DNA of 64,000 nt from an uncultured Verrucomicrobiae bacterium (GCA_963719495.1 CAVRCI010000013.1:448001-512000); one strand, 5' to 3'. Positions 19,889-30,548 are shown, counted from the first letter of the stretch. Notes: generated by a model not told the origin, from the letters alone. A program made the numbers and translations.

Positions 19889-21718
19889 ATGTGTGGAATA
19901 GCCGGATTCGTCGGACGCGGAGACCGGAACGTCCTCCGGGCGATGACCGATTCCATCGCCCACCGCGGCCCCGACGCTGACGGATTCTGGGTCGATCAAA
20001 AAACGAGCGTCCACCTCGGCCACCGCCGCCTCGCCATCGTCGACCTCGCCGGCGGAGCCCAGCCCATGTGGACCGCCGACGAGCGCCTCGGCATCGTCTT
20101 CAACGGCGAGATCTACAACCACGCCGAGCTCCGCGACCGCCTCAAAGACCTCGGTCGCGTCTTCCAGACCGACCATTCCGACACCGAAGTCCTCCTTCAC
20201 GCCTACCGCGAATGGGGCGACGCCTTCGTCCACGAACTCAACGGCATGTGGGCCTTCGCGATCCACGACCGCGACCGCAACCGCCTCTTCCTCAGCCGCG
20301 ACCGCTTCGGCAAAAAGCCCCTCTTCTGGTTCCACCAATCCGGCACCGTCGCCTTCGCCTCCGAGCTCACCGCCCTCCGCGCCCACCCCGCCTGCCCGAC
20401 CGCCACCTCCACCCGCGCCCTTCAGAAATTCTTCGCCTACGCCTTCATCCCCGCCCCCCTCACCATTCTCGAAGGCGTCCACCAGCTCCCCGCCGGCCAC
20501 AACCTCACCGTCGACCTCTCCGACCCGACACCCCGCCTCACCCGTTACTGGGAATACCTCCTCGAACCCACCGAACCCACCCGCTCCGATGACGACCTCG
20601 CCGACGAACTCCTCGCCCTCGTCGACGCCGCCGTCCAGCGCCGCCTCATGGCCGACGTCCCCCTCGGCATCTTCCTCAGCGGAGGCGTCGACTCCTCCCT
20701 CGTCACCGCCCTCGCCGCCCGCCACGTCCCCGCCGACCAACTCAAAACGTTCAGCATCGGCTTCACCGAACCCACCTTCGACGAACTCCCCTTCGCCAAC
20801 CAGGTCGCTCAGCTCATCGGCACCGACCACCGCACCGAAACCCTCGACCTCGACAAAGCCCTCGACTGCCTGCCCGAGATTTTCGCCAAGCTCGACCAGC
20901 CCCAGGGCGACGGCTCCCTCCTCCCGACCTGGCTCCTCTCCCGCTTCACCCGCCGCCACGTCACCGTGGCCCTCGGCGGCGACGGCGGCGACGAACTCTT
21001 CGCCGGCTACGACCCCTTCCTCGCCCTCCGCCGGGCCGAACTCTACGCCAAAACCGTCCCCCGCCCCGTCCACGCCGCCCTGCGCCACCTCGCCGCCTTC
21101 CTCCCCACCAGCCACGCCAACATCAGCCTCGATTTCAAAATCAAGCGCACCCTCCGCGGCCTCTCCCACCCCGCCGCCCTCTGGAATCCCGTCTGGCTCG
21201 GAGCCCTCGAACCCAAAGAAATCGCCGACTTCGTGGTTCAGCCCATCGACCCCGAAGACCTCTACTCCGAGGCCATCACCGCCTGGGAATCCGCCCCCAC
21301 CGGCGACATCGTCGACCGCAGCCTCCAATTCTACACCCGCCTCTACCTCGCCGACGGCATCCTCGCGAAAGTCGACCGCGCCAGCATGCTGAACTCGCTC
21401 GAAGTCCGCGCCCCCCTCCTCGACATCGAGGTCGCCAATTTCGCCCGCCGCCTCCCCAACCGATTCAAACTCCGCGGCAACACCACCAAATACCTCCTCA
21501 AGCTCGCCGCCACCCGCGTTCTTCCCCCCGAGATCGTCCACCGAACGAAAAAGGGCTTCGGCAGCCCGCTGGGAGCCTGGCTCAAAACCGGCCGCCTAGC
21601 CCCGCAATCCCCCGCTCCCTTCGTCCAAACCCGCCTGGCCGCTCACCGATCCGGCGAATCCGACGAACGTCTCTTCCTCTACTGCCAACACGCCCTCGAG
21701 CAATGGCAACGGAAATGA
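19889..21718 (+). CDS. asnB: Asparagine synthase (glutamine-hydrolysing) family amidotransferase
   Basis: MCGIAG, HRGPD, FNGEIYN, LSGGVDSS, GDGGDELFAGY. Confidence 0.93.
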   Translation: MCGIAGFVGRGDRNVLRAMTDSIAHRGPDADGFWVDQKTSVHLGHRRLAIVDLAGGAQPMWTADERLGIVFNGEIYNHAELRDRLKDLGRVFQTDHSDTEVLLHAYREWGDAFVHELNGMWAFAIHDRDRNRLFLSRDRFGKKPLFWFHQSGTVAFASELTALRAHPACPTATSTRALQKFFAYAFIPAPLTILEGVHQLPAGHNLTVDLSDPTPRLTRYWEYLLEPTEPTRSDDDLADELLALVDAAVQRRLMADVPLGIFLSGGVDSSLVTALAARHVPADQLKTFSIGFTEPTFDELPFANQVAQLIGTDHRTETLDLDKALDCLPEIFAKLDQPQGDGSLLPTWLLSRFTRRHVTVALGGDGGDELFAGYDPFLALRRAELYAKTVPRPVHAALRHLAAFLPTSHANISLDFKIKRTLRGLSHPAALWNPVWLGALEPKEIADFVVQPIDPEDLYSEAITAWESAPTGDIVDRSLQFYTRLYLADGILAKVDRASMLNSLEVRAPLLDIEVANFARRLPNRFKLRGNTTKYLLKLAATRVLPPEIVHRTKKGFGSPLGAWLKTGRLAPQSPAPFVQTRLAAHRSGESDERLFLYCQHALEQWQRK

Positions 21719-22890
21719 AAAATCCGCAATCCGAGATCCGCAATCCGCAATCCCTCCGGGTTCTCTGCCTCAACTACGAATACCCCCCCGTCGGCGGAGG
21801 CGGTGGCCGGGCCGCCACCCAGATCAACGCCGGCCTCGTCGCCCGAGGTCACCAGGTCCGAGTCCAAACCGCGGGCCTAAGTCACCTCCCAACCCACGAA
21901 ACCGTCGACGGAGTCGAAATCCACCGCACCCGATCGTTCCGCCAACGCGAAGACACCTGCACGGTCCCCGAGATGGCGCTCTTCCTCGTCACCAGTTTCC
22001 TCCCCACCCTCCGCCACGTCCGCGAGTGGCGGCCCGACGTCATCCACGTCCACTTCGCCGTCCCCACTGGAGCCCTCGCTCTCGCCGTCCACCTCCTCAC
22101 CCGCGTCCCCTACGTCCTCACCGCGCACCTCGGCGACGTCCCCGGCGGCGTCCCCCAACAAACCGCCGGTCTCTTCCGCCTGGTTCAGCCCTTCACCGTC
22201 CCCATCTGGAAACAAGCCGCCGCCATCACCGCCGTCAGCACCTTCGTCGCCGACCTCGCGGAGGCAGCCTACCACCGCCGCCCCCAGGTCATCCCCAACG
22301 GCCTCCGCCTCTCCCCCCGTCCCACGATCGAAGTCCACAACCCCGTCCGCATTCAACTCGTCGGTCGCCTCAGCGAACAAAAGAACCCCCTCCTCGCGCT
22401 GGCCGCCCTAGCCCAACTTGCGGAAAAAAACTGGACCCTCGAAGTCATCGGCGACGGCCCCCTCCGACAAAACTTCGATGCGGCCGCATCGAAGTTTTGC
22501 ATTCGGGATCAAGTGACGATGTCCGGCTGGCTCGGCGCCGACGAAGTCGCCGCCCGGATGGCCACCGCCGACATCCTCCTCATCACCTCCCACACCGAAG
22601 GCCTCCCCATGGCCGCGCTGGAAGCCCTGAACCATGGCCTCGCCATCGTCTCCACCCGAATCGGCGGAGTCGCCGACGTCGTCGAAGACGGAGTCAACGG
22701 CACCCTCGCCGAACCCAATCCATCCGCAATCGCTGCCGCGCTCCGCCCCTACCTCGAAGCCCCCGCCATCCTCCATCAGGCCCGCCAAGCCTCATCAGAT
22801 AAAGCCAAAGCCTTCGACCTTCCAAACATCGTCACCGCCTACGAAAAAACCCTCGAGGCCACCCAGCGCGAAGCGCCCCAACCAAGGTAG
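21715..22890 (+). CDS. Glycosyltransferase family 4
   Basis: YEYPPVGGGGG, GRLSEQKN, EGLPMAALEA. Confidence 0.92.
   Translation: MKNPQSEIRNPQSLRVLCLNYEYPPVGGGGGRAATQINAGLVARGHQVRVQTAGLSHLPTHETVDGVEIHRTRSFRQREDTCTVPEMALFLVTSFLPTLRHVREWRPDVIHVHFAVPTGALALAVHLLTRVPYVLTAHLGDVPGGVPQQTAGLFRLVQPFTVPIWKQAAAITAVSTFVADLAEAAYHRRPQVIPNGLRLSPRPTIEVHNPVRIQLVGRLSEQKNPLLALAALAQLAEKNWTLEVIGDGPLRQNFDAAASKFCIRDQVTMSGWLGADEVAARMATADILLITSHTEGLPMAALEALNHGLAIVSTRIGGVADVVEDGVNGTLAEPNPSAIAAALRPYLEAPAILHQARQASSDKAKAFDLPNIVTAYEKTLEATQREAPQPR
22468..22499. repeat. 32-bp perfect palindrome inside the GT4 gene
   Basis: CAAAACTTCGATGCGGCCGCATCGAAGTTTTG; identical copy at 43100-43131. Confidence 0.95.
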
Positions 22891-22912
22891 GGCAGCCGGG
22901 CCCCGGGTGCCG
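22887..22912 (+). repeat. GTAG-type REP-like palindrome (copies at 50179 and 51962)
   Basis: GTAGGGCAGCCGGGCCCCGGG(T/A)GCCG occurs three times. Confidence 0.8.
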
Positions 22913-22961
22913 TGACCCTCTCCCAGCGTCCCCGCACCACGCCCAACCCCCGCCGCGCCAA

Positions 22962-24077
22962 TCACCCCGGCACCGCCAACCCCCAACGCCCCGCGACCCC
23001 ACGCAACTCTTCATCCACCCCCCACCGATCCGCCGTTGCCTCCCCTTCAAAATCCGCGCTCGCGCCCTTGAGGGCCATGCAACCCGTATTGTCCCCGATC
23101 TCACGAATCAGCGCCAGATCCTCATCCGTCAGCGTCACGTCCGGAATCGCCGCCAGCTCCTCCGCCTTCGTTCGAATCGTCTTCGCATCATCGCCCGGTT
23201 CTTGAATCAAACTCGGAGCCACGCACGCGACCGCCGGTTGCTGCAAGTCCCACACGCAAGCCAACTGAAGCATCGTCAGCCCATGCCGGTTCGCGATCGG
23301 CCGCAGCCGCTCGAGCTTCTCGTTGCCCGCCTCGACCCAACCCGCCGGTCGAAAGGTCCGGTGATCCCGCGGCGCAAATTCATGATTCGGCTTCACGTCG
23401 TCGTGAAAAAGTCCGCCGTAATCCACCACGCGCGTCAGGATTTTCGTCCCCGTCGCCTCCGCCGCCTTCAAGCACAAGCTCCCCGGCCAAGGCTCCAGCG
23501 GATTGAGAATGACCATCGCCCAGTCGATCAAATCCGGAAACCGCTCGAGGCATCGCACGAGATCCAGCGTGAACCCATTCGCCGGCCCCGGCGCGATCCC
23601 TAGCTGATCCGTCAACCCCGCCGCCTTCACCGCCGCCATCCCTTCCCACACCACCTCGCTCGTGTAACCGACCGCGTCCGGGTTGTGCAGCAGCAGCAGA
23701 TCGAAACGCTCTACGCCGCACCGCTTCAGCGACTGCTCCGTCGCCGTCCGTAGATACTCCGCGTATTCGCCTTCGCCCCGCAGCGCCGAATTCGTAAACC
23801 GCGGAAACCCCTTCGACCCCTCCCGCTCGCCCCTGATGAAATCGTGCCCCACCGCACCGACGAGGCTGAAACTGTCCCGCGGCACCTCAGCCAAGGCCCG
23901 CCCCAGCAGCGAATCGGCCTCCCCCGCCCCGTAGACATCGGCCGTGATAAAAGTCCGCAGCCCGGCCTCATAAGAATGGCGAATGAGTTCGATGTAGGCG
24001 TCGTCGTCGAGCGGCACCCCGTAGTGCATGAAGCGCCCGCCGCTCCACATCCCGAAGGCAGATTGAGTCAATTGCAT
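22962..24077 (-). CDS. Aldo/keto reductase
   Basis: TADVYGAG, SLKRCGVERFDLLLLHNPD. Confidence 0.9.
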   Translation of the reverse strand: MQLTQSAFGMWSGGRFMHYGVPLDDDAYIELIRHSYEAGLRTFITADVYGAGEADSLLGRALAEVPRDSFSLVGAVGHDFIRGEREGSKGFPRFTNSALRGEGEYAEYLRTATEQSLKRCGVERFDLLLLHNPDAVGYTSEVVWEGMAAVKAAGLTDQLGIAPGPANGFTLDLVRCLERFPDLIDWAMVILNPLEPWPGSLCLKAAEATGTKILTRVVDYGGLFHDDVKPNHEFAPRDHRTFRPAGWVEAGNEKLERLRPIANRHGLTMLQLACVWDLQQPAVACVAPSLIQEPGDDAKTIRTKAEELAAIPDVTLTDEDLALIREIGDNTGCMALKGASADFEGEATADRWGVDEELRGVAGRWGLAVPG

Positions 24078-24145
24078 CCTCCAATCCTACCCGGTCCCGC
24101 GTCCCATTCGACAACTTTGAGAAGGCGGATCTGCGTGAGAAAAAA

Positions 24146-26149
24146 TCACCCCCCCAGCAGGTCCTTCATCCGCGCAAAACTGTTCGCGAACTGCTCGTCG
24201 TCCAGTGGCTCGTTCACGATGTCTTCGAAGTTCCGCCGCTCGACACCCGCGCCGTCGATTTCGTCCAAAAACCGGCTCGGCTCGCAGAAAACCGGTGCTC
24301 CCCAGCGCATCCGGTTGCGGCAATGCGTGATCGTGAGCGACGTCATCGCCCGCGTCACGCCCACGTAAAAAAGCCGCCGCTCCTCGTCCACGGTGTCCTC
24401 GGCCTTCGACCGCTCGTGCGGCAGTAATCCTTCCTCGGCACCGATCAACGTGACGTGCGGGAACTCCAGCCCCTTCGCCGCGTGCAGCGTGATGAGCGTG
24501 ACCCCGTCGCTCTCGTCCGCCTTCTTCTCCTGCCGGTCGCGGTCAAGAGTCACCTCGTCCAGAAACCCCCGCAGTCCCTTGTTGGCGCGCTTCTGGTAGT
24601 CCTGCAAGCTGATCAGAAATTCGCGCACGTTCGACTCCCGCTTGTCGGCCTCGGTCGGCGTCTTGCACGACCGCCGCAGGTCGTCGAAGTAACCCGACTC
24701 GTCCAGCAGCTTCTGCACGATCGCCGCCGCGTCCTCGCCCGGCGTCGCGATCTCGATGCGCGCCGCCGCGATCGTCTCGGAAAATTCCCGCACCTTGTTC
24801 GAAGTCCGCGTCGGCACGTAAGCCATGAACTCGGCGCTCGTCATCTCGTCGAAAAGACTTCGCTCACTCCCGATACTCCGCTCCAACGCCAGATCCACCG
24901 TCGTCGCGCCGATGCCGCGCGGCGGCGTGTTGATGATCCGCAACAACGCCTGATCGTCACCCGGATTGATGAGCACCGTCATCGTCGCCATCACGTCCTT
25001 CACCTCGCGCCGATCATAGAAACTCTTCCCGCCGACAACCCGATACGGAATCCGCAAACGCCGCAAATTCTCCTCGAACCCGCGCGACTGCGCGTTCATC
25101 CGGTAGAGAATCGCGAAGCTCTCCCACGGCGCGCCCTCGGAGTGCTGGCGCGCCGCGATTTCGTTCACGATGAACTCCGCCTCCTCCTTGTCGTCCGGCA
25201 CGGCGATGATTTGCACCGACTCGCCGCCCTCGCGGGGACTCCAGAGATTTTTTCCTCGGCGTCGCGTGTTGTGGGCGATCACGCGGTTCGCCGCCTGCAG
25301 GATCTCGTTCGTGCTCCGGTAGTTCTGCTCCAGCTTCACGACCGTCGGATCGGGGAAGTGTTTCTCGAATTCCAGGATGTTCGTCACCTCCGCCCCGCGC
25401 CACCCGTAGATGCTCTGATCGTCGTCGCCGACGACGCAGACGTCCGGAGGATCGCCCGCCGCCAGCATCGACACCAGATCGAGTTGCAGCTTGTTCGTAT
25501 CCTGGAATTCATCGACCAGCAGGTGCCGGTAAAGCGACCGCCAGCGCTCCCGCACCTCGGGAAAATCCGCCAGCAACCGCACCGCATTCACGAGTAAGTC
25601 GTCGAAATCCATCGCGTTCTGCGCGCGCAAATCATTCTCGTAGCGCCGATAAACGGCACCCACCACCGTCTCCTCATCCTGCGGCGGGCCCCAGCCGTTG
25701 TTCTTCGCCTTGCTGATCGCCGCCCGCGCCGCGCCCGGCTCCAGCGATTCCCCCTCGGCGCACACGCGGTTGATGATCTTCTTCACGAGGCTCTGCTGAT
25801 CGCCGTCGTCGAAGATCGAGAAATTCTTCTTATACCCGAGGCACTCCGCGTCCGTCCGCAGGATCCGCATGCACAGCGAGTGGAAGGTCGAAATCGAAAC
25901 CTCCGCCCCCGCCTCCGGGTCGACCATCCCCATCGCCCGCTCCCGCATCTCGCGAGCCGCCTTGTTGGTAAACGTCACCGCCAGAATCGACGAAGGCCGC
26001 GCCCCCTGCGCGATCAACCACGCGATCCGCGAGGTAATCACCCGAGTCTTCCCCGTCCCCGCCCCCGCCAGAATCAGCAGAGGCCCACCCGTATGAGTCA
26101 CCGCCGCCTTCTGCTCGTCATTGAGGTCCCAAAGCCGAAAACGACTCAT
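24146..26149 (-). CDS. UvrD/Rep/PcrA superfamily-1 DNA helicase
   Basis: AGAGTGKT, VDEFQDTN, VGDDDQSIYGWRGA, LEQNYRS, EERRLFYVGVTRA. Confidence 0.96.
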   Translation of the reverse strand: MSRFRLWDLNDEQKAAVTHTGGPLLILAGAGTGKTRVITSRIAWLIAQGARPSSILAVTFTNKAAREMRERAMGMVDPEAGAEVSISTFHSLCMRILRTDAECLGYKKNFSIFDDGDQQSLVKKIINRVCAEGESLEPGAARAAISKAKNNGWGPPQDEETVVGAVYRRYENDLRAQNAMDFDDLLVNAVRLLADFPEVRERWRSLYRHLLVDEFQDTNKLQLDLVSMLAAGDPPDVCVVGDDDQSIYGWRGAEVTNILEFEKHFPDPTVVKLEQNYRSTNEILQAANRVIAHNTRRRGKNLWSPREGGESVQIIAVPDDKEEAEFIVNEIAARQHSEGAPWESFAILYRMNAQSRGFEENLRRLRIPYRVVGGKSFYDRREVKDVMATMTVLINPGDDQALLRIINTPPRGIGATTVDLALERSIGSERSLFDEMTSAEFMAYVPTRTSNKVREFSETIAAARIEIATPGEDAAAIVQKLLDESGYFDDLRRSCKTPTEADKRESNVREFLISLQDYQKRANKGLRGFLDEVTLDRDRQEKKADESDGVTLITLHAAKGLEFPHVTLIGAEEGLLPHERSKAEDTVDEERRLFYVGVTRAMTSLTITHCRNRMRWGAPVFCEPSRFLDEIDGAGVERRNFEDIVNEPLDDEQFANSFARMKDLLGG

Positions 26150-26784
26150 TCCTCCGCCCCCATCCCGCCGAGGGGTCGGCCGAGGGGTCGGTCATTCATT
26201 TTGACATATTTCCCCACCAGCCGCTCCAGCACCGCGGGATACAGCGCGTGCTCCGCGACCTGAATCCGCGCGTGCAGCGACTCCGGCGTGTCGTCCGCCA
26301 GCACCGCCACTTCCGTCCGTCCCAAGATCTCCCCCGTATCCACCCCGCTGTCGACGTAATGCACCGTGCAGCCCGACCGGGTCGCCCCATCCTCGACCGC
26401 CTGGCGCCAAGCCTCCAACCCCCGGTAAGCGGGCAGCAGCGACGGATGAATGTTCACGATCCGCCGCGGAAACGCCTCGAGCAACGGAGCCTTCACCACC
26501 CTCATGTAACCCGCCAGCACCACGAGATCGACCCGCGCCGCCCGCAATCGCTCGACCAGCCCCACCTCGACCTCCGGCGAGAGCCGTGTCCGATAGCGCG
26601 GCTCGTCCAACGCAAAACTCTCGATCCCAGCCTCCTCCGCCAGCCGCAACACTCCCGCCGCCGCCGAATCCGCCCCGACGACCACGACGTCGGCCGTCAA
26701 TTCCCCCGCCCGAATCGCCCGCAAAATCGCGGCAAGATTCGACCCCTTCCCGGACCCCAATACCCCCAATCGCAAACGCCTCAT
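26146..26784 (-). CDS. purN: Phosphoribosylglycinamide formyltransferase
   Basis: SGKGSNL, LAGYMR, NIHPSLLP, GCTVHYVD..VDTG. Confidence 0.96.
   Translation of the reverse strand: MRRLRLGVLGSGKGSNLAAILRAIRAGELTADVVVVGADSAAAGVLRLAEEAGIESFALDEPRYRTRLSPEVEVGLVERLRAARVDLVVLAGYMRVVKAPLLEAFPRRIVNIHPSLLPAYRGLEAWRQAVEDGATRSGCTVHYVDSGVDTGEILGRTEVAVLADDTPESLHARIQVAEHALYPAVLERLVGKYVKMNDRPLGRPLGGMGAEE
26168..26211 (+). repeat. GGGGTC-end element with stutter, inside the purN 3' end
   Basis: CCGAGGGGTCGG x2 + TCATTCATTTTGACATATTT; matches AGGGGTCGGTCATTCATAATGACACATTT at 61945. Confidence 0.8.
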
Positions 26785-26884
26785 CGACCGCCGATCATGC
26801 ACGCCCACCGCCCCCGCGCAAGTCGGGGACGGGATTCCCGATTGTCAGATCACCGCCGCTTCCTCCAGCATCAGTCGTTCACCG

Positions 26885-29800
26885 ATGGACGCCGCCAAAC
26901 TCTCAGCCCTGCACGACGCCTTGGAGTCCTTCGACGCCCAGACCTTGGATCGCGGGTTCGATTATTTCGATGCCGAGCACCTGAGCCTGATCGAGATCAC
27001 GACCGCGTCGATCTCCTGTGTTTCGAAAGGGAGCTCCCTCTACGACACGATCTGGAGATACCATCGGGGGGCCTGGAGCAGCGAATGCTCGTGCCCGGTT
27101 GGAATGGATTGCAAACACTCCGCCGCTCTGGCGATGGCAGCGATCGCCCGCCTCGAGTCGGCCGCCGCGGAGGAATCGCCGCCCAAATCCGCCCGCCCGC
27201 CAGCGGCGACTCCCGCCACTCTGGGTGCCCACCTGGAAGCCACCCTTGGCCGGAAGCTTCGTCAGACCGAGCAAAAGCGGGTCCGCCACCTCCTCGCGCT
27301 TCACGCCGAGCTCCGGACGCGATCGCAGAACACCGTTTACGACGACGAACTCGCCCGCGTCGGCATTTCCACCGGTCGCCGGGAACCCAGCTGGATCCAG
27401 GGACCCGCCTTCGCCGATTGGTGGGGCACCCCGCCCGCCACCCCGCTCGATCTCTGGCAATACCTCGCCTTCTACGCCGAAGAGCACGACCTGAAGATCC
27501 CCCCGCTCTTCCGTCCGGTCACCGAGACGTCCGGCGTCCGGGAAGCCCTGGAAAAGCGGCTTCTCGACGCTTCCATCGCGGAGTGGGAACAAAATCTCGC
27601 CGACTTCGCGCCCCCCATCGGCCCGCCCGCCACGGCCCGCACCCAGCGACTGCGCCTCCGACTGGACGCCAACCGCATCCGCTGGGAACAAAGCTTTCTC
27701 CCGGATCAATGGCGGGCCCTCAACGCGCAGGAGGTCCGCTCGCTGGCCGAAGGTGGCACCGACGAAGACGACGACTCCGTCAGCCTGCGCGATCCCGCCG
27801 CGATCCTGCTGCTTGAGTTCGCTCGCCGCATTCACGGCCCCTTCGACTACCAGCGGACCAATTACGCCCTCTCGCTTGACCGGGACGAAGACGCCGCCCT
27901 CCTCGGTTCCGCCCTCCGCCACCCGCTCACCCGGCCCTCCGTCGTCAACCGTTCCGGCGATCCCCTCGGCATCGCCGCTGAAGCCCTGCATTGGACGCTG
28001 CGAGCGGACGACTCCGCGCCCGATCAGCGGCTCGTCGCCACCCTCGTCGAACCCAGCGGTCGACCCGTCGAGGGCGGGACCCTCCTCCCCGGCAAGCAGG
28101 CTCTCCTCCTCCTCGGCGAGATGGCCCACCGGCTCCCGCCCCCGCTCGATCCTGACGCCAAGGCCCCCTACGGCCCGACCCGCATCCCCCGTGAAGCCCT
28201 CGTCCGCAACCCCCGCGCCGCCGCCGCGCTCGTCGCCGCCGGAGCCGATCTCCCCGCCGACCTCGTCCCGCGCGTCCGCGCGCTCGCGCTTGCGCCCCGC
28301 CTCGAATTCGAACTCACCGGCCCGCCCAATTCTCCCCATTCCCGCGACCTCCGCGTCAAACTCCTCGCCACCCACGACGACGTCCAACTCGCCTGGTGCG
28401 GACGCGATGGGTGGCTGGCCGACGGCAAAACCCCACCCGCCACCGACGCCGACGGCACCGTGCGCGACTATGCCATTGCCGCCGCCGACGAACTCATCGA
28501 CCACCTCGCCGCCCTCGGCCTCGGCTACTACGAGCGCGAGGACTGCTGGGGCCGCGCCTTCACCCGCAAAGCCGCCGACCGGCTCCTCGACTGGGCGCAA
28601 GGTCTTCCAGCCGGACTCGACATTCGAGCCAGTCAGGACCTCGCCCCGTTTTTCGCGCCCGTCGTCCGGGTCACCGCCGAATTTCACATCGAGGAAAACC
28701 CCAATTCTCCCGACTGGTTCGACCTCCGCGTCCAGCTCGCCGCCGGGGAGATCGAACTCACCCCCGCCGAACTGAAAGAACTCGCCCGTTCCGGCGGCAA
28801 GCTCGTCCAGCTCAAGAGCGGCCGTTGGATCCGGGCGGAATTCCAATCCGACCCCGCGCTCGAGGAGACCGCCCGCCGCCTCGGCCTCGGCGACCTCGAC
28901 TCACTCGGCGGCGAGACCGTCACCTGCCACGCCCTCCAACTCGCCGCCCAACCCCTCGACCACCTCCTCGACGAACGCGCCGCCGCCCGTCTCAGACGTC
29001 GCGCCGACGAGATCACGGCGCACCCGCCGCCACCCATCCCCGCCGATCTCCGCGCCGACCTGCGACCCTACCAGCGCGACGGCTTCGCCTTCCTCGCCTT
29101 CCTCGCCCGCAACGGCTTCGGCGGCATCCTCGCCGACGACATGGGCCTCGGCAAAACCGTCCAAGGCCTCGCCTGGCTCCTCTGGCTCCGGTCCCGCCTC
29201 CCCGAGCCGGACGCCTTCCGCGTCCTCGTCGTGTGTCCGAAATCCGTCGTCTTCAACTGGAGCACCGAGCGTGACCGCTTCGCCCCCACCCTGCCCGGGC
29301 GCAGCTTCGCCCCCGCCGCGACGACCGCCGGGGCCGAGCCCGGTCTCACCGTCGCGAACTACGCGCAGCTCCGGCTCAACGCCGATTGGTTCACCGCCCA
29401 GCGTTGGGACGCCCTCATCCTCGACGAAGGCCAGAACATCAAAAATCCCACCGCCACCACGACCCGCACCGCCTGCTCCCTCCTGGCGCCCCACCGCATC
29501 ATTCTCACCGGCACCCCGGTCGAGAATCGTCCCCTTGATCTCTGGAGCCTCTTCCAATTCGCCCAACCCGGACTCCTCGGCTCCCAAGCCTCGTTCCGCC
29601 GCATCTACGAGAACGCCACCACCGTCGAGCCCCTCCAACGCCTCCAGGCCCGCGTCCGCCACTTCATGCTCCGCCGCACCAAGACCCAGGTCGCCCCCGA
29701 CCTGCCCGCCCGGATCGAGGAGGATATCCTCGTCGAGCTCGACGGCCCCCAGCTCGCGCTCTACCGCGCCGAACTCAAACGCGCCCGCCAGCTCGCCCTC

Positions 29801-30430
29801 GGCATCGAGAGCAAAAGTGACTTCGACCAAGCCCGCTTCAACGTCCTCCAATCCCTCCTCCGCCTCCGCCAGATCTGCTGCGACCCCCGCCTCGGAGCCA
29901 AGGGCAACGCCACGGCCAAACCCGGTGCCAAGATCGCCCAGCTCCTCGAACAAATCGAGCCCATCCTCAGCGAAGGCCACCGCGTTCTCGTCTTCTCCCA
30001 ATTCGTCGAAATGCTCGGCTTCATCGGCGAAGCCCTCCGCGACCGCGGCATCGACCACCTCCAGCTCACCGGCCAGACCAACGACCGCCAGGCCCTCGTC
30101 GAGCGCTTCCAGTCCGCCGACGGTCCGCCCGTGTTCCTCCTCTCGCTCAAAGCCGCCGGAGCCGGCCTCAACCTCACCGCCGCCAGCTACGTCGTCCTCT
30201 TCGACCCTTGGTGGAACCCCGCCGTCGAGGCCCAGGCCATCGACCGCACCCACCGCATCGGCCAGGCAAAAACCGTCATCGCCTACCGCCTCATCGCCAA
30301 GGACACCATCGAGGAAAAAATCCGCGCCCTCCAGAACGCCAAAGCCGAAGTTGCCAACGCCATCGTTCTGGAGGAATCCCTCGCCAAAGTCCTCGACCTC
30401 GACAGCCTCCGCTACCTCCTCGCGGAATAG
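26885..30430 (+). CDS. SWIM zinc-finger SNF2-family helicase
   Basis: CSCPVGMDCKH; LADDMGLGKT, LDEGQ, LTGTP, QAIDRTHRIGQ. Confidence 0.95.
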   Translation: MDAAKLSALHDALESFDAQTLDRGFDYFDAEHLSLIEITTASISCVSKGSSLYDTIWRYHRGAWSSECSCPVGMDCKHSAALAMAAIARLESAAAEESPPKSARPPAATPATLGAHLEATLGRKLRQTEQKRVRHLLALHAELRTRSQNTVYDDELARVGISTGRREPSWIQGPAFADWWGTPPATPLDLWQYLAFYAEEHDLKIPPLFRPVTETSGVREALEKRLLDASIAEWEQNLADFAPPIGPPATARTQRLRLRLDANRIRWEQSFLPDQWRALNAQEVRSLAEGGTDEDDDSVSLRDPAAILLLEFARRIHGPFDYQRTNYALSLDRDEDAALLGSALRHPLTRPSVVNRSGDPLGIAAEALHWTLRADDSAPDQRLVATLVEPSGRPVEGGTLLPGKQALLLLGEMAHRLPPPLDPDAKAPYGPTRIPREALVRNPRAAAALVAAGADLPADLVPRVRALALAPRLEFELTGPPNSPHSRDLRVKLLATHDDVQLAWCGRDGWLADGKTPPATDADGTVRDYAIAAADELIDHLAALGLGYYEREDCWGRAFTRKAADRLLDWAQGLPAGLDIRASQDLAPFFAPVVRVTAEFHIEENPNSPDWFDLRVQLAAGEIELTPAELKELARSGGKLVQLKSGRWIRAEFQSDPALEETARRLGLGDLDSLGGETVTCHALQLAAQPLDHLLDERAAARLRRRADEITAHPPPPIPADLRADLRPYQRDGFAFLAFLARNGFGGILADDMGLGKTVQGLAWLLWLRSRLPEPDAFRVLVVCPKSVVFNWSTERDRFAPTLPGRSFAPAATTAGAEPGLTVANYAQLRLNADWFTAQRWDALILDEGQNIKNPTATTTRTACSLLAPHRIILTGTPVENRPLDLWSLFQFAQPGLLGSQASFRRIYENATTVEPLQRLQARVRHFMLRRTKTQVAPDLPARIEEDILVELDGPQLALYRAELKRARQLALGIESKSDFDQARFNVLQSLLRLRQICCDPRLGAKGNATAKPGAKIAQLLEQIEPILSEGHRVLVFSQFVEMLGFIGEALRDRGIDHLQLTGQTNDRQALVERFQSADGPPVFLLSLKAAGAGLNLTAASYVVLFDPWWNPAVEAQAIDRTHRIGQAKTVIAYRLIAKDTIEEKIRALQNAKAEVANAIVLEESLAKVLDLDSLRYLLAE

Positions 30431-30548
30431 ATCCTCGCCGCGCCCAGTCGCTCGCCGCAACCCGCACACCCCCCCGCACGCCCCGCACCCCCCCGGTTCG
30501 CTCCGCTCAGGATAACGCACTTGCGCCGCCCCGCCCTCAACCAAACCC

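Noticed and set aside
26885..30430. SNF2 and UvrD helicases as an anti-phage defence island
   Set aside because: Embedded among housekeeping genes with host-like codon usage and no defence partners
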